From positions 480,001-544,000 of the forward strand of contig OY762926.1 of NCBI GenBank assembly GCA_963666735.1: a stretch of 64,000 bases of DNA, read 5' to 3'. Below the pieces are notes generated by a model. The model was not told where the DNA came from. It worked only from the letters and a program-made list of their open reading frames with translations, and did not search any database. The position numbers were made by a program, and so were the translations under genes. Shown here piece after piece: positions 38,123 to 48,323 of the stretch. Origin of the DNA: Gemmatimonadota bacterium (GTDB taxonomy: Bacteria; Gemmatimonadota; Gemmatimonadetes; Palauibacterales; Palauibacteraceae). How positions within the stretch are numbered: position 1 is the stretch's first letter; the number at the start of each line of letters is the position of its first letter.

Positions 38123-39877
38123 TCAGACAAGCTGCTGACCCTGGTAGAGGCGGGCGTAGAGTTCGCAGCGATCGATCAGCGCGTCGTGCGGGCCGCTGTC
38201 GACGAGGCGTCCCCGGTCGAGGACGAAGAGCCGGTCGGCGCGCCGCACCGTGCGCAGGCGGTGGGCGATGATCACGGTCGTCCGCCCCTCGGCGGCGAGT
38301 TGCAGCGCCTCCTCGACCAGCGCCTCGCTCTCGGCGTCCAAACCGCTCGTCGCCTCGTCGAGGATGAGGATCTCGGGTTCCTTGAGGAGGACGCGGGCGA
38401 TCGCGATCCGCTGGCGCTGTCCGCCGGAGAGTCGGACGCCCCGCTCGCCGACCCGCGTCTCGTAGCCGTCCGGCAGCCGCTCGATGAATTCGCGCGCATG
38501 CGCGGCCTCCGCCGCCGCCTCGACCGCCCCGCGGTCCGCGTCCGGCCGCCCGTACGCGATGTTCTCCCCGATGGTGCCGGCGAAGAGCGGGTGATCCTGC
38601 GGCACGATGCCGACCCGCGATCTCAGGTCCGCGACGCCACAGGCCCGGACGTCGGTTCCGCGTACGCGCAGGTTTCCCTCGGTCACATCCCAGAAACGGG
38701 GGATGAGTGAGGCGAAGGTCGTCTTCCCGGCGCCGCTCGGACCCACGAGCGCGACGACCTCCCCAGGCTCGATCGTGGCCTCGATCCCCTCCAGGGCCCA
38801 CGGTTCCTCGGCGCCGTAGCGGAACGAGACGCCGTCCAGGGCGATCTCCGGCGGGCCTCCGCCCGCGAGCGATGTCGGCGCTTCCGGATCCGTGATCTCG
38901 CTGTCGCGGTCGAGCAGGTCGAACACGCGGCGCGCGGCGCCCTGCGCCTCCTGGTACGAACCCCACAGCGACGCGAGCGCCATGATCGCCGCCGCGACGG
39001 AGAAGGCATAGAGGAGGAACGACACCAGTTGCCCGGCCGTGATCTGGGCCGCGAGCACGAGCCGCCCGCCCTGCCACAGGACGGCGACGATCCCGCCGAA
39101 GGCGACGACGGTGAGCACGCCGAAGAGGAGCGCCCGCACGACCGCCCGCGAGAGCGCCGCCTCGAGCGCCGTAGCGATTCCGGCCCGGTAGCGCCGGGCC
39201 TCCCACTCCTCGCGCACGAACCCCTGCACGACTTCGATCTGGCCGAAGGCCTCGTCCGCGACCGCGTGGGCGGCGGCGAGACGATCCTGCACCTCGGTAC
39301 TCCGCCGCCGGAGAAGGCGGCCGAGCGCGAAGCCCGCCAGCACGACGACGGGGGCCACCGTCAGCGTCGTGAGCATCAACTGCCAGTGCAGGAGCGTAAG
39401 CAGGACCGCCGCACCCACCAGAAAGAGCACCTGCCGCACGAGTTCGGCGATCTGGTGCCCCATGATCTGCTGGAGCGTCGAGCAGTCGGAGGCCAGTCTC
39501 GAGGTGAGTTCGCCGCTGGTTCGGTCCGCGTGGAAGCCGGGAGAGAGCCCGACCAGTTTGGAGAAGAGTTCGTCGCGCAACTGCGTCACGACCCGCTCGC
39601 CCGTCGCCCCCAGCCAGTAGGTCTCGCCGAAGTTGAACACGCCCTGAAGCGCGAAGAGGCCCAGCAGTCCGAGCGCGATCGCACCCAGCAGGGCGGGGTC
39701 GCCCTCACCGAAGGCCGCGTCCATCAGGTAGCGGACGATGAGGGGGAAGGCGAGCCCGATCGCGGTGCTCAGAAGCAGGCAGACGCCGGCCCCGGCGAGC
39801 GCCGGGCGGTAGGCCCGCAATCTCGGTGCGAGCCGCTGGAGGGCGAACATCGAGATGCGTGCTCCGGAGTCCGACAT
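38123..39877 (-). CDS. ABC exporter, fused permease/ATPase (MsbA-like)
   Basis: TM domain; GPSGAGKTT, LSGGQRQR, ILDEATS, IAHRL. Confidence 0.93.
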   Translation of the reverse strand: MSDSGARISMFALQRLAPRLRAYRPALAGAGVCLLLSTAIGLAFPLIVRYLMDAAFGEGDPALLGAIALGLLGLFALQGVFNFGETYWLGATGERVVTQLRDELFSKLVGLSPGFHADRTSGELTSRLASDCSTLQQIMGHQIAELVRQVLFLVGAAVLLTLLHWQLMLTTLTVAPVVVLAGFALGRLLRRRSTEVQDRLAAAHAVADEAFGQIEVVQGFVREEWEARRYRAGIATALEAALSRAVVRALLFGVLTVVAFGGIVAVLWQGGRLVLAAQITAGQLVSFLLYAFSVAAAIMALASLWGSYQEAQGAARRVFDLLDRDSEITDPEAPTSLAGGGPPEIALDGVSFRYGAEEPWALEGIEATIEPGEVVALVGPSGAGKTTFASLIPRFWDVTEGNLRVRGTDVRACGVADLRSRVGIVPQDHPLFAGTIGENIAYGRPDADRGAVEAAAEAAHAREFIERLPDGYETRVGERGVRLSGGQRQRIAIARVLLKEPEILILDEATSGLDAESEALVEEALQLAAEGRTTVIIAHRLRTVRRADRLFVLDRGRLVDSGPHDALIDRCELYARLYQGQQLV

Positions 39878-39994
39878 CGCGCCTGGCCTCTCCACCCGTC
39901 TATCTTCCGCTATCTTCCGCGCCCCGGTGACTCCGGGAGGGACCGAAGTTCGCACGGGCCATGAAACCGGCGCAAACGCGCACCGGAACCGCTC

Positions 39995-41074
39995 ATGCCA
40001 TCACCTCCTCTTCAGATCGGATCGCGGCGCCATGCGCGGATCATCGCGGCCTGGCTTCTGGTCGGCTGCGCGCTCGTCGCGGCGACGCTCGTCGTCGGAG
40101 GCGTGACCCGCCTGACCGGATCGGGCCTCTCGATGGTCGACTGGGAGCCGGTGAGCGGCGTGGTCCCTCCGATGAGCGCCGAGGGGTGGGAGCGCGAGTT
40201 CGCCGCCTATCGCGACTCTCCGGAGTACCGGCTCGTGAACCGGGGAATGTCGCTGGCCGAGTTCAAGCGCATCTTCTGGTTCGAGTACGCGCACCGGCTC
40301 CTGGGGCGCGTACTCGGGCTCGTCTTCATCATCCCCTTCGCCGTCTTCCTCCTGCGGCGGATGCTTCCCCGACCCCTCATCCCCCGTCTCCTGCTCCTGT
40401 TCGCGCTGGGCGGCGCCCAGGGACTGCTGGGCTGGTGGATGGTCCGAAGCGGCCTCGTCGACATCCCTCGCGTGAGCCCCTACCGCCTGACCGCGCATCT
40501 CGCCCTCGCCGTCATCGTCTACGCCCTCACGCTCTGGACCGCGCTCTCGCTGCTGCGCCCCCCGGCGGAAGACGGGGACCCGGAGCCCGCGCGGGGTGCC
40601 CGCCTCGCCCGCGGATCCGCCATCGTACTCGGCCTTGCCGCGCTCACGCTGCTCTCGGGCGGCTTCGTGGCGGGCCTGGACGCCGGACTCGTCTACAACA
40701 CGTTTCCCCGCATGGGGGCCGGCTGGATCCCGCCCGGCCTCTTCGGGGCGAACCCGTGGTGGCTCAGCCCCTTCGAGGACCGCACGACCGTGCAGTTCAA
40801 CCACCGCATGCTCGCCATGCTCCTGCTCGGGAGCGTGACGGCTCTCTGGTGGGTGTGCGCGCGACACGTCTCGGGAGCGGCGAGAACGTGGGCCCACGCG
40901 GGCTTCGCGGCCGTCTGGGCGCAGGCGGCGCTGGGGGTCGCGACGCTGTTGCTCTTCGTCCCCATCCCCCTGGCGGCGCTCCACCAGGCGAACGCGCTCG
41001 TGCTCGTCACCGCGCTGCTGGGCCTGACCTTCGAACTCCGCCGCCTGGAAGGCTGCGGCGGCCGACAGGGCTGA
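39995..41074 (+). CDS. ctaA: Heme A synthase (COX15/CtaA)
   Basis: GGVTRLTGSGLS, FEYAHR, GWWMVRSGL, VSPYRLTAHL, QFNHR, LHQ. Confidence 0.94.
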   Translation: MPSPPLQIGSRRHARIIAAWLLVGCALVAATLVVGGVTRLTGSGLSMVDWEPVSGVVPPMSAEGWEREFAAYRDSPEYRLVNRGMSLAEFKRIFWFEYAHRLLGRVLGLVFIIPFAVFLLRRMLPRPLIPRLLLLFALGGAQGLLGWWMVRSGLVDIPRVSPYRLTAHLALAVIVYALTLWTALSLLRPPAEDGDPEPARGARLARGSAIVLGLAALTLLSGGFVAGLDAGLVYNTFPRMGAGWIPPGLFGANPWWLSPFEDRTTVQFNHRMLAMLLLGSVTALWWVCARHVSGAARTWAHAGFAAVWAQAALGVATLLLFVPIPLAALHQANALVLVTALLGLTFELRRLEGCGGRQG

Positions 41075-41080
41075 GGCCCG

Positions 41081-42370
41081 CTACACCGCCTCGAGGAGCG
41101 CCACGTGGCCGAGACCTCCCGCGGCACAGACGCTGACGATCGCGCGCGTGCCGGCGGGACGATCCGCGAGTTCGAGCACCGTCTGGGAGAGGATGCGGGC
41201 TCCGGTGGCGCCGAACGGGTGCCCGAGGGCGACGCTCCCTCCGTTGGGGTTGACGCGGTCGCGCGGGAAGGCGCCGAGACCGTCCTTCACCGGCGACCGC
41301 GCCGCGAGCCACTCCGGGTCCTCCAGCGCCGCGATCGTGCACAGCACCTGCGCCGCGAACGCCTCGTGGAACTCCCACAGTCCGATGTCCTCGAGCGTGA
41401 GCCCGTGGCGGTGGAGCAGCTCCGCGATCGCGATGGCCGGGGCGATGAGGAGGCCCTCGCAGTCCGGATCGATCCCGGCCTGCCGCCAGTCGAAAAGGCG
41501 CGCTCGGGGCAGGGAGTCGGGGAGCGCGGCGAGCCCGGCCTCGGACGCGACCCAGCACGCCGCGGCCCCGTCCGTGAGCGGAGTGGAGTTGCCTGCGGTG
41601 AGCGTCCCCCCGGAGCGGGAGAAGGCGGGGCGGAGGCCGGCGAGCTTCTCCAGCGACGTGCCGGCCCGGGGGAGCGTGTCGCGGTCGACGCGGAAGGTTC
41701 CGGGGGTTACGAGGAGCGGCCGGAAGAAGGCGCCCCCATCGCGCGTCGCACCCTCGTGGCTCGCGAGCGCGAAACGGTCCTGCGCCTCGCGCTCGATGTC
41801 CCACTCGCGGGCCATCTCCTCGGCGTGCTGCCCCATCGTCCTTCCGGTCGTGCGCTCCTTGATGGCCGGCGCCGAGACCCGGAGGTCGCGGGGGCGGATC
41901 CCGGCGAGCGTCCGCACCATGCGCGGCGGGCTGCCCGCCGTCCCCGCGCGCCGAATCGTGCGGCTGAGTCCCGCCGAGAGGCCGATTTGCGTGTGGCTCA
42001 TCGCCTCCACGCCGCCGCTGAGGACGAGGTCCGCCCGCCCCGCGGCCACCTGACCTGCGCCGTGGGTCGCGGCGGCGATAGAGGTGGCGCACGCCTGGAC
42101 GATGCCCTGGGCCGGGACGCTCGCGTCGAGCCCCGCGTCGAACCATGCCTCCCGGCCCCAGTTGCTCACCGTGAGCGTGGGGATGACCGCGCCCCACAGG
42201 AAGAGATCGATCCGACCCGCGTTCTCGCGGCCCGGGCCCCCGTCGCCCGCCACCGTCTGCTGGATGACGGGAGCGGACAGCGCGAGACCGTCGCAGCGCG
42301 AGAGTTCGCGGTCGATTTTCGCGAAGGGGCTGCGCAGGCCGGGAAGCACGAACGCCGATCCGGGACTCAT
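41081..42370 (-). CDS. Acetyl-CoA C-acyltransferase (thiolase)
   Basis: QACATS, TAGNSTPLTDGAA, HEAFAAQ, GHPFGATG, CAAGG. Confidence 0.92.
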   Translation of the reverse strand: MSPGSAFVLPGLRSPFAKIDRELSRCDGLALSAPVIQQTVAGDGGPGRENAGRIDLFLWGAVIPTLTVSNWGREAWFDAGLDASVPAQGIVQACATSIAAATHGAGQVAAGRADLVLSGGVEAMSHTQIGLSAGLSRTIRRAGTAGSPPRMVRTLAGIRPRDLRVSAPAIKERTTGRTMGQHAEEMAREWDIEREAQDRFALASHEGATRDGGAFFRPLLVTPGTFRVDRDTLPRAGTSLEKLAGLRPAFSRSGGTLTAGNSTPLTDGAAACWVASEAGLAALPDSLPRARLFDWRQAGIDPDCEGLLIAPAIAIAELLHRHGLTLEDIGLWEFHEAFAAQVLCTIAALEDPEWLAARSPVKDGLGAFPRDRVNPNGGSVALGHPFGATGARILSQTVLELADRPAGTRAIVSVCAAGGLGHVALLEAV

Positions 42371-42474
42371 GCGTGGCATCCTATCGGCCGCCCATACAAG
42401 ATGGAACAATCCACGTCCCGGTCCCGACTGAAGTCCCCGGCGGAAGAGAAGTCTCGAACGAAAGAGGAGCGTTC

Positions 42475-43950
42475 ATGGCGGTACGGGTGAGGTTCGCCCC
42501 CAGCCCCACCGGTTTCCTGCATGTGGGCGGCGCACGCACGGCGCTATTCAACTGGCTGTTCGCGCGGCGCGCGGGCGGGACGTTTCTCCTGCGCGTGGAG
42601 GACACGGACCGGGCGCGTTCCAGGCCGGAGCACACGCAGGCCATCGTCGACGGGCTCGCGTGGCTGGGTTTGGAGCCGGACGAAGGTCCCGTCTTCCAGG
42701 CGGATGGGGTCGAGCGTCACCGGCGCGATGCCGTGAACCTGCTCGGCCGGGGCGCCGTATACCGCTGCTTCTGCACCGCCGGGGAACTCGCGGCCCGGCG
42801 CCAGGAGGCGAGACGGGCGGGATCGGGATACGGGTACGATGGCCGCTGCGGCCGACTGGACGCTGCCGTCTCGAGCGCGCGGGCCGATGCGGAGGAGGCA
42901 TTCGCCCTCCGGGTTCGGGTGCCGAGGGAGGCGATCGAGTGGGAGGACATGGTCCACGGGCCGATGTCGTTCCCCGCCGGGTCGATCGATGACTTCATCG
43001 TCCTCCGTTCCGATGGGACGCCCGTGTACAATCTCGCCGTGGTCTCCGACGACGCCGAAGCCGCGATCACGCACGTGATCCGCGGCGACGACCACCTTTC
43101 GAACACGCCGAAGCAGATCCTCCTCTATCGCGCCCTCGGCCGCCCGCTCCCGGCCTTCGGGCACGTGCCCCTCATCCTCGGGCCGGACGGCAAGCGGCTT
43201 TCCAAGCGCCACGGCGCGCTGTCCGTTCTCGCGTATCGCGAGGAGGGCTACCTGCCCCGGGGCATGCTGAACTTCCTCGCCCTCCTGGGCTGGTCCCCCG
43301 GGGACGACCGCGAAGTGTTCGACGTCGGGGGTCTGATCGAGGCGTTCTCCGCCGGCCGCGTGCTGAAGAAGAGCGCGGTGTTCGACCTCGAGAAGCTCGG
43401 CTGGTTGAACGGGCGCCACATCGCCGACGCTCCGGCGGCCGACCTCGCGGGCTCCGTCATCGAGATCCTCGGCCGGGATGCGCGTGAGGAGGGGCGTGAC
43501 CTGGCCGGAACCCACCCCGGGCTCGAAACCTCGCCGGAGCGGCTGGCGCGAATCATCGATCTCGTGAAGGGGCGTCCCCGGACGCTCCCCGCGCTGGCGC
43601 GGCAGGTTTCCCCCTTCTTCGCCGCGACCGTCCGCTACGACGAGGCGGCGGTGAAGCGTTTCTGGAAGCGGCGGGAGGAGACGGCATTCCACCTTCGGCG
43701 GCTCGCGGAGCGTCTCGCCGGGGAAGCCGCCTTCAGCGACGTGGAGACGCTGGAGTCCGAGGTGCGGGGTCTCGCGGCGGAACTCGAGGTCGGAGCGGGG
43801 CGCCTCATCAACCCTCTCCGCGTCGCCCTCATGGGCCAGGGGGTGAGCCCCGGGATCTTCGAGGTGATCGAGGCGATGGGACGGGAGCGGGCGCTGGCCC
43901 GGATCCGCGCGGCGGCCGCTTTTCTCGACGCCGGGGTGGCGACGGCGTGA
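42475..43950 (+). CDS. gltX: Glutamate--tRNA ligase
   Basis: RFAPSPTGFLHVGGART, LRVEDTD, IRGDDH, LSKRHG. Confidence 0.96.
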   Translation: MAVRVRFAPSPTGFLHVGGARTALFNWLFARRAGGTFLLRVEDTDRARSRPEHTQAIVDGLAWLGLEPDEGPVFQADGVERHRRDAVNLLGRGAVYRCFCTAGELAARRQEARRAGSGYGYDGRCGRLDAAVSSARADAEEAFALRVRVPREAIEWEDMVHGPMSFPAGSIDDFIVLRSDGTPVYNLAVVSDDAEAAITHVIRGDDHLSNTPKQILLYRALGRPLPAFGHVPLILGPDGKRLSKRHGALSVLAYREEGYLPRGMLNFLALLGWSPGDDREVFDVGGLIEAFSAGRVLKKSAVFDLEKLGWLNGRHIADAPAADLAGSVIEILGRDAREEGRDLAGTHPGLETSPERLARIIDLVKGRPRTLPALARQVSPFFAATVRYDEAAVKRFWKRREETAFHLRRLAERLAGEAAFSDVETLESEVRGLAAELEVGAGRLINPLRVALMGQGVSPGIFEVIEAMGRERALARIRAAAAFLDAGVATA

Positions 43951-44414
43951 ACGGGACGTGGCCGGCCGAGCACGAGGCGCCGATGCGGCGGGCGCTCGTA
44001 CGCGCGGCCCTCGGCGGCGCGAGCGGGGAGGTGCCCGTCGCCGCCCTCGTCACGGATCCGGACGGCGAGGTCGTAGCGGAAGCGCACAACCGTACGCGCG
44101 CGGACTCCGACCCGACGGCTCACGCGGAGGTCTTGGCGTTGCGCGCCGCCGCCGCCCGCCTCGGGGACTGGCGCCTCGAGGGCCACACGCTGTACGCGAC
44201 GCTCGAACCGTGCGCGCTGTGCGCCGGCGCCGCCGTCCTGGCCCGGGTCCGCACCGTGGTGTTCGGGGCGGCGGATCCCAAGGCCGGGATGTGCGGATCG
44301 ATCGAGAACCTGGTCAGCGACCCGCGGCTCAATCACCGCGCCGAACTTGTGCCCGGGGTGCTCGCCGAGGAGTCCGCGCGCCTCCTCCGCGACTTCTTCC
44401 GCCAGCGCCGCTAG
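43947..44414 (+). CDS. tadA: tRNA adenosine(34) deaminase
   Basis: GEVPV, DPTAHAE, TLEPCALC, DPKAG, LNH, FFRQRR. Confidence 0.92.
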   Translation: MNGTWPAEHEAPMRRALVRAALGGASGEVPVAALVTDPDGEVVAEAHNRTRADSDPTAHAEVLALRAAAARLGDWRLEGHTLYATLEPCALCAGAAVLARVRTVVFGAADPKAGMCGSIENLVSDPRLNHRAELVPGVLAEESARLLRDFFRQRR

Positions 44415-44424
44415 CCCGTGGATG

Positions 44425-44506
44425 GTTGGCTGGAAATCCCTGTGAAGCCTTATGCCAATCGAAGGTCACACTTGCAGTTGGCATAGGCCGGCACAGGGGC
44501 GCCGAC
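44425..44506. repeat. Long imperfect inverted repeat / extended hairpin
   Basis: Nested arms GTTGGC/GCCGAC, CCCTGTG/CACAGGG, GCCT/AGGC, ATGCCAA/TTGGCAT. Confidence 0.7.
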
Positions 44507-44515
44507 AGGCCCATA

Positions 44516-44596
44516 ATGGATCGAGATCTCGCGCCGTTGTTCAGACGTGCCGCGGTGACCCGGCATGTCGTGATGTGCGCGGGCCCGCGGCAGAGT
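44516..44596 (+). pseudogene. N-terminal relic of an AAA_14/DUF4143-type ATP-binding protein
   Basis: MDRDLAPLFRRAAVTRHVVMCAGPRQS breaks off inside the GPRQSGKT Walker A typical of this family. Confidence 0.5.
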
Positions 44597-44623
44597 GAGC
44601 CGCTGGCACTTGCGGCGGCGCGG

Positions 44624-46630
44624 TCAGGCTCCGGCGGGAACGGGTCTCCCTGCAAAGCGCAGCACGACGACGACGACACCGATGCCGAGGACGTGGGCGA
44701 TCCACGGCGAGAGCCCGTAGGACGTGCCCACATGGCCGAACAGCATCGCTGCCGCGGCCACGACGAGCGCGTAGGGGAGCTGCGTCCGCACGTGGTCCAT
44801 GTGATCGCACGCCGAAGCCATGGAACTCAGGACGGTCGTATCGGAGATCGGAGAGCAGTGGTCGCCGAAGATGGATCCGGCGAGAACCGAACTGATCGAA
44901 CTCACCAGAAGCACGCCGCCGTCCCCCGTCTCGAAGCCCGTCGCTCCGCCCAGGGCGACGGTGAGCGGAACCACGAGCGGGAGCAGGATGCTCATGGTGG
45001 CCCACGAGGTGCCGGTGCAGAAGCTGACGACCGCGGCCGTCGCGAAGGTCAGGACGGGCACCAGCTCGGGCGCGAGGCTGCCCTCGAGAATCTGGGTCAG
45101 GTACTGCGCCGTCGCGAGCTGACTCGTCACCTCGCCGAGGGACCAGGCGAGGGTGAGGATGACGAAGCCCATCGTCATCGCTCGAATGCCGGCGAGCCAG
45201 CCGTCGAGCGCCTGGCTGAGCGAGAGGATTCTCTGCCCGGTTGCCAGCCCGATCGCGACGAGGCAGCCGGCCAGCGAGCCCCAGAGGATCGCCTTGAACG
45301 GGTCCGCCTCCCCGAACGTGTCCCACAGCGACGCGCCCCGGCCCACCACGCTGGCGCCGTCGAAATAGAGCCCCAGCAGGACTGTTACGACGACCGTCAG
45401 GACGGGGATCGCCGCATTGTACCAGCGCAGGGGCACGCCTTCCGGGGCATCGAGTCCCGTCTCCTCGGAGTTCACCATGAGCTGAGAGCCCGGCCGGAAG
45501 ACGCCGCCGCCGGTGCGCGCCCTCATTTCCGCGCCGTGCATGGGGCCGAAATCCCGTTGCGTCACGATGACCGCCGCGACCATGAACAGGGCGAGGATGG
45601 GATAGAAGAGGAACGGGATGGTGCTCAGGAAGACCGTGAACGGACTCGCGGATGCCAGGGCCCCGGCCAGCGCGGGGTCGGGGGTCTGCTCGGCGGCGAT
45701 CCGGAGTCCGTCGCGGATGAGCGAGATCTCGAACCCGACCCAGGTCGAGACGAAGGCGATCGTAACGACGGGCGCGGCGGTCGAGTCCACCAGGTAGGCC
45801 AGCTTCTCCCGCGACACCTTCAGCTTGTCCGTGATCGGGCGGAAGGTGTTCCCGACGATGAGCGTGTTCGCGTAGTCATCGAAGAAGATGCCGATGCCCG
45901 CGAAGAAAGTCGCAAGTTGTGCGCGGCGCGGTGTCGTTGCGAGCGGACGGACGGCTTCGACGATGCCGCGGGTGCCCCCGGAGCGCGAGATCACGCCCAC
46001 CATGGCGCTCAGCAGGGCGGAGAACATGAGAATCGATGCGTTGTCCGGGTCCGCCAGCGAGGGAACGATGAAGGTGTCCACGGTCCGCCAGAGCCCCGCC
46101 ACGGGGTTGAGTCCCGCGATGAAGAAGCCGCCCAGCCAGATGCCGAAGAAGAGCGAGACCACGACATGCCGGAAGATCAGCGCGAGGGCGATGGCGATGA
46201 TCGGCGGCAACAGACTGATCCAGCCGGGAAACCGCGGAGGATCCACCGTCTCGCTCGCCGTGCCCTGATCAGAGGCCACTTCCACGGTCAGCGGGAGGTC
46301 GCCCCGCGCGGCCCGCAGGCCGTTGACCGTTGTCTCGGACCGAAGCGGCAGGGTGCCCGCGGCGAGTTCCCGGCCCGAGGCGGATGTTACGCGATAGCGG
46401 GCGTTCTCCCCATCCTCCGTGTGGAGCGTGAGCGTAAAGGGAACGCCGGTCAGGACGACGGCGGGCCCATCCACGGTGAGCGCGGGGGCGTCCTGCGCGG
46501 CGGCGGGGCCGGGCGAAAACGCGAGCGCGGCAGCGGCAAGGGCAAGGACCGGCAGCGATACCCCGGCGCGCCGCGGTAGCCGCGGTAGAGTGGATCGGAA
46601 GCGGGATGGGGAGCGCGATCTCATTCGCAT
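44624..46630 (-). CDS. NhaC-family transporter with N-terminal exported domain
   Basis: IFFDDYAN, VSREKLAYLVDSTAAP, TGTSWATM, FGDHCSPISDTT, DHVRTQLPYA. Confidence 0.9.
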   Translation of the reverse strand: MRMRSRSPSRFRSTLPRLPRRAGVSLPVLALAAAALAFSPGPAAAQDAPALTVDGPAVVLTGVPFTLTLHTEDGENARYRVTSASGRELAAGTLPLRSETTVNGLRAARGDLPLTVEVASDQGTASETVDPPRFPGWISLLPPIIAIALALIFRHVVVSLFFGIWLGGFFIAGLNPVAGLWRTVDTFIVPSLADPDNASILMFSALLSAMVGVISRSGGTRGIVEAVRPLATTPRRAQLATFFAGIGIFFDDYANTLIVGNTFRPITDKLKVSREKLAYLVDSTAAPVVTIAFVSTWVGFEISLIRDGLRIAAEQTPDPALAGALASASPFTVFLSTIPFLFYPILALFMVAAVIVTQRDFGPMHGAEMRARTGGGVFRPGSQLMVNSEETGLDAPEGVPLRWYNAAIPVLTVVVTVLLGLYFDGASVVGRGASLWDTFGEADPFKAILWGSLAGCLVAIGLATGQRILSLSQALDGWLAGIRAMTMGFVILTLAWSLGEVTSQLATAQYLTQILEGSLAPELVPVLTFATAAVVSFCTGTSWATMSILLPLVVPLTVALGGATGFETGDGGVLLVSSISSVLAGSIFGDHCSPISDTTVLSSMASACDHMDHVRTQLPYALVVAAAAMLFGHVGTSYGLSPWIAHVLGIGVVVVVLRFAGRPVPAGA

Positions 46631-46705
46631 GCCCGAACCTACCGGGACGGTCTCGCGAGGGTCAACGCCGGACCCGAACGCCCGATCGAAGGCAGGACCC
46701 GAACG

Positions 46706-46734
46706 TTGATCGCGGCCGGGGCGCGCTCTATACT
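46706..46734 (+). promoter_or_regulatory. Sigma70-type promoter of the pyrRBC operon
   Basis: TTGATC-17 nt-TATACT. Confidence 0.7.
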
Positions 46735-46800
46735 CCCGCCCGACCGGGGCCGCGCAAGCGCCGAGCCGCCCGCGACGGATCGAGCGAAGCCGAGACGAAA

Positions 46801-47352
46801 CTGACGCACAACGTCCTCGACGAGGCCGCTGCCCGAGGGCTCCTTGCCGAGCTTTCCGCGCAGCTTGACCGGGCGATCGAGCCCGACGCCCGCCTCATCC
46901 TCATCGGTATCCACCGTCGCGGCGATTCGATCGCCGCCGAGATCGGCCGTCACCTCGAGCCGACGCGCGGCCGCGTTCCCATCGGTTCGCTCGACATCAC
47001 GCTCTATCGCGACGATTTCGGGCAGGTCGGCGCGCTCCCCCTGGTCGGCACGACCCGCATTCCGGAGTCCATCGAAGGCGCGCACATCATCATCGTCGAT
47101 GACGTGCTCCACACCGGACGAACGATCCGCGCCGCGCTCCAGGAGCTGTCCGATTTCGGTCGTGCCCGCCGAATCCAGCTCTGCGTCCTCGTCGATCGCG
47201 GGGGCCGCCAGCTCCCGATCCAGCCCGACTACGTGGGCCGCGTGATCGAAGTCGGACCCAACCAGGACGTGGCGGTGCGCGTCGCGGACACGGACGGCGA
47301 CTGGAGTGTCGACATCGTCGCCGTCCCCGCCGCTCCGGAGGCGGGAGGATGA
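46801..47352 (+). CDS. pyrR: Bifunctional pyr regulator / uracil phosphoribosyltransferase, probable CTG start
   Basis: [50 protein letters not shown] overlap with pyrB. Confidence 0.88.
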   Translation: MTHNVLDEAAARGLLAELSAQLDRAIEPDARLILIGIHRRGDSIAAEIGRHLEPTRGRVPIGSLDITLYRDDFGQVGALPLVGTTRIPESIEGAHIIIVDDVLHTGRTIRAALQELSDFGRARRIQLCVLVDRGGRQLPIQPDYVGRVIEVGPNQDVAVRVADTDGDWSVDIVAVPAAPEAGG

Positions 47353-48323
47353 CGACCCAGGGCCGGGAACTCGGGCTCGGCAAGGACCTCATCGGGCTCG
47401 AATCCCTCACCGGCAGGCAAATCGAGGCGATTCTCGATACCGCCGAACCCTTCAAGGAGATCAGCGAGCGCAAGATCAAGAAGGTGCCGGTCCTCCGCGG
47501 CCAGACCATCGTCAACCTCTTTCTCGAACCCTCGACCCGGACCCGCATCAGCTTCGAGTTCGCGGAGAAGCGGCTCTCGGCCGATACGGTGAACATCTCC
47601 TCTGCGGGCTCCTCGGTGCAGAAGGGCGAGACGCTCGTCGACACGGCGCGCAACCTCGAGGCGATGAGGATTCACATGGTCGTCGTGCGGCACGGATCGT
47701 CCGGGGCGGCGAAGTTCCTCGCGGACCGGATTCCCTCCAACGTCATCAACGCGGGCGACGGCCAGCACGAGCATCCCACGCAGGCCCTCCTGGACCTGTT
47801 GACGATCCGGGACCGGTTCGGGGCCATCGCGGGTCGGCGCGTCTGCATCGCCGGCGACATCCTGCACTCCCGCGTCGCGCGCTCGAACATCTGGGGCCTC
47901 CTGAAATGCGGGGCCGAGGTCGCCGTGTGCGGGCCGCACACCCTGATTCCGGCCGGGATCGAGGAACTGGGCGTGCAGCGGCTGGGCTCGATCGAGGAAG
48001 CGATCGAGTGGTGCGATGTGCTCTACGTGCTGCGGCTTCAGCTGGAGCGGATGGAGGGCGGCTACGTTCCGTCGCTGCGCGAGTACAACCGCGTGTTCGG
48101 CGTCAGCTCCGAGCGCCTCGGCCGCGCCGGTGACGAGATGATCGTCCTCCACCCCGGGCCGATGAACCGGGGCGTCGAGATCGACTCCGACGTGGCCGAC
48201 GGTCCGCGCTCGGTGATCCTCCCGCAGGTGACGAACGGGGTCGCCGTGCGCATGGCCGTCCTCTATCTGCTCGCGGGCGGGCGCCCGGAGTTGGCCGAAG
48301 ACGCCAAGGCGGCGGGACCGTGA
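47349..48323 (+). CDS. pyrB: Aspartate carbamoyltransferase catalytic subunit
   Basis: [32 protein letters not shown]. Confidence 0.96.
   Translation: MTTQGRELGLGKDLIGLESLTGRQIEAILDTAEPFKEISERKIKKVPVLRGQTIVNLFLEPSTRTRISFEFAEKRLSADTVNISSAGSSVQKGETLVDTARNLEAMRIHMVVVRHGSSGAAKFLADRIPSNVINAGDGQHEHPTQALLDLLTIRDRFGAIAGRRVCIAGDILHSRVARSNIWGLLKCGAEVAVCGPHTLIPAGIEELGVQRLGSIEEAIEWCDVLYVLRLQLERMEGGYVPSLREYNRVFGVSSERLGRAGDEMIVLHPGPMNRGVEIDSDVADGPRSVILPQVTNGVAVRMAVLYLLAGGRPELAEDAKAAGP

Noticed and set aside
44425..44506. Hairpin as SRP RNA, integron attC site or retron msd
   Set aside because: No SRP GGAA-tetraloop domain; ends do not follow the RYYYAAC...GTTRRRY order; no integrase or reverse transcriptase in the window
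46741..46800. PyrR-binding attenuator in the pyr leader
   Set aside because: No recognisable PyrR binding-loop consensus or U-tailed terminator in the ~60-nt leader
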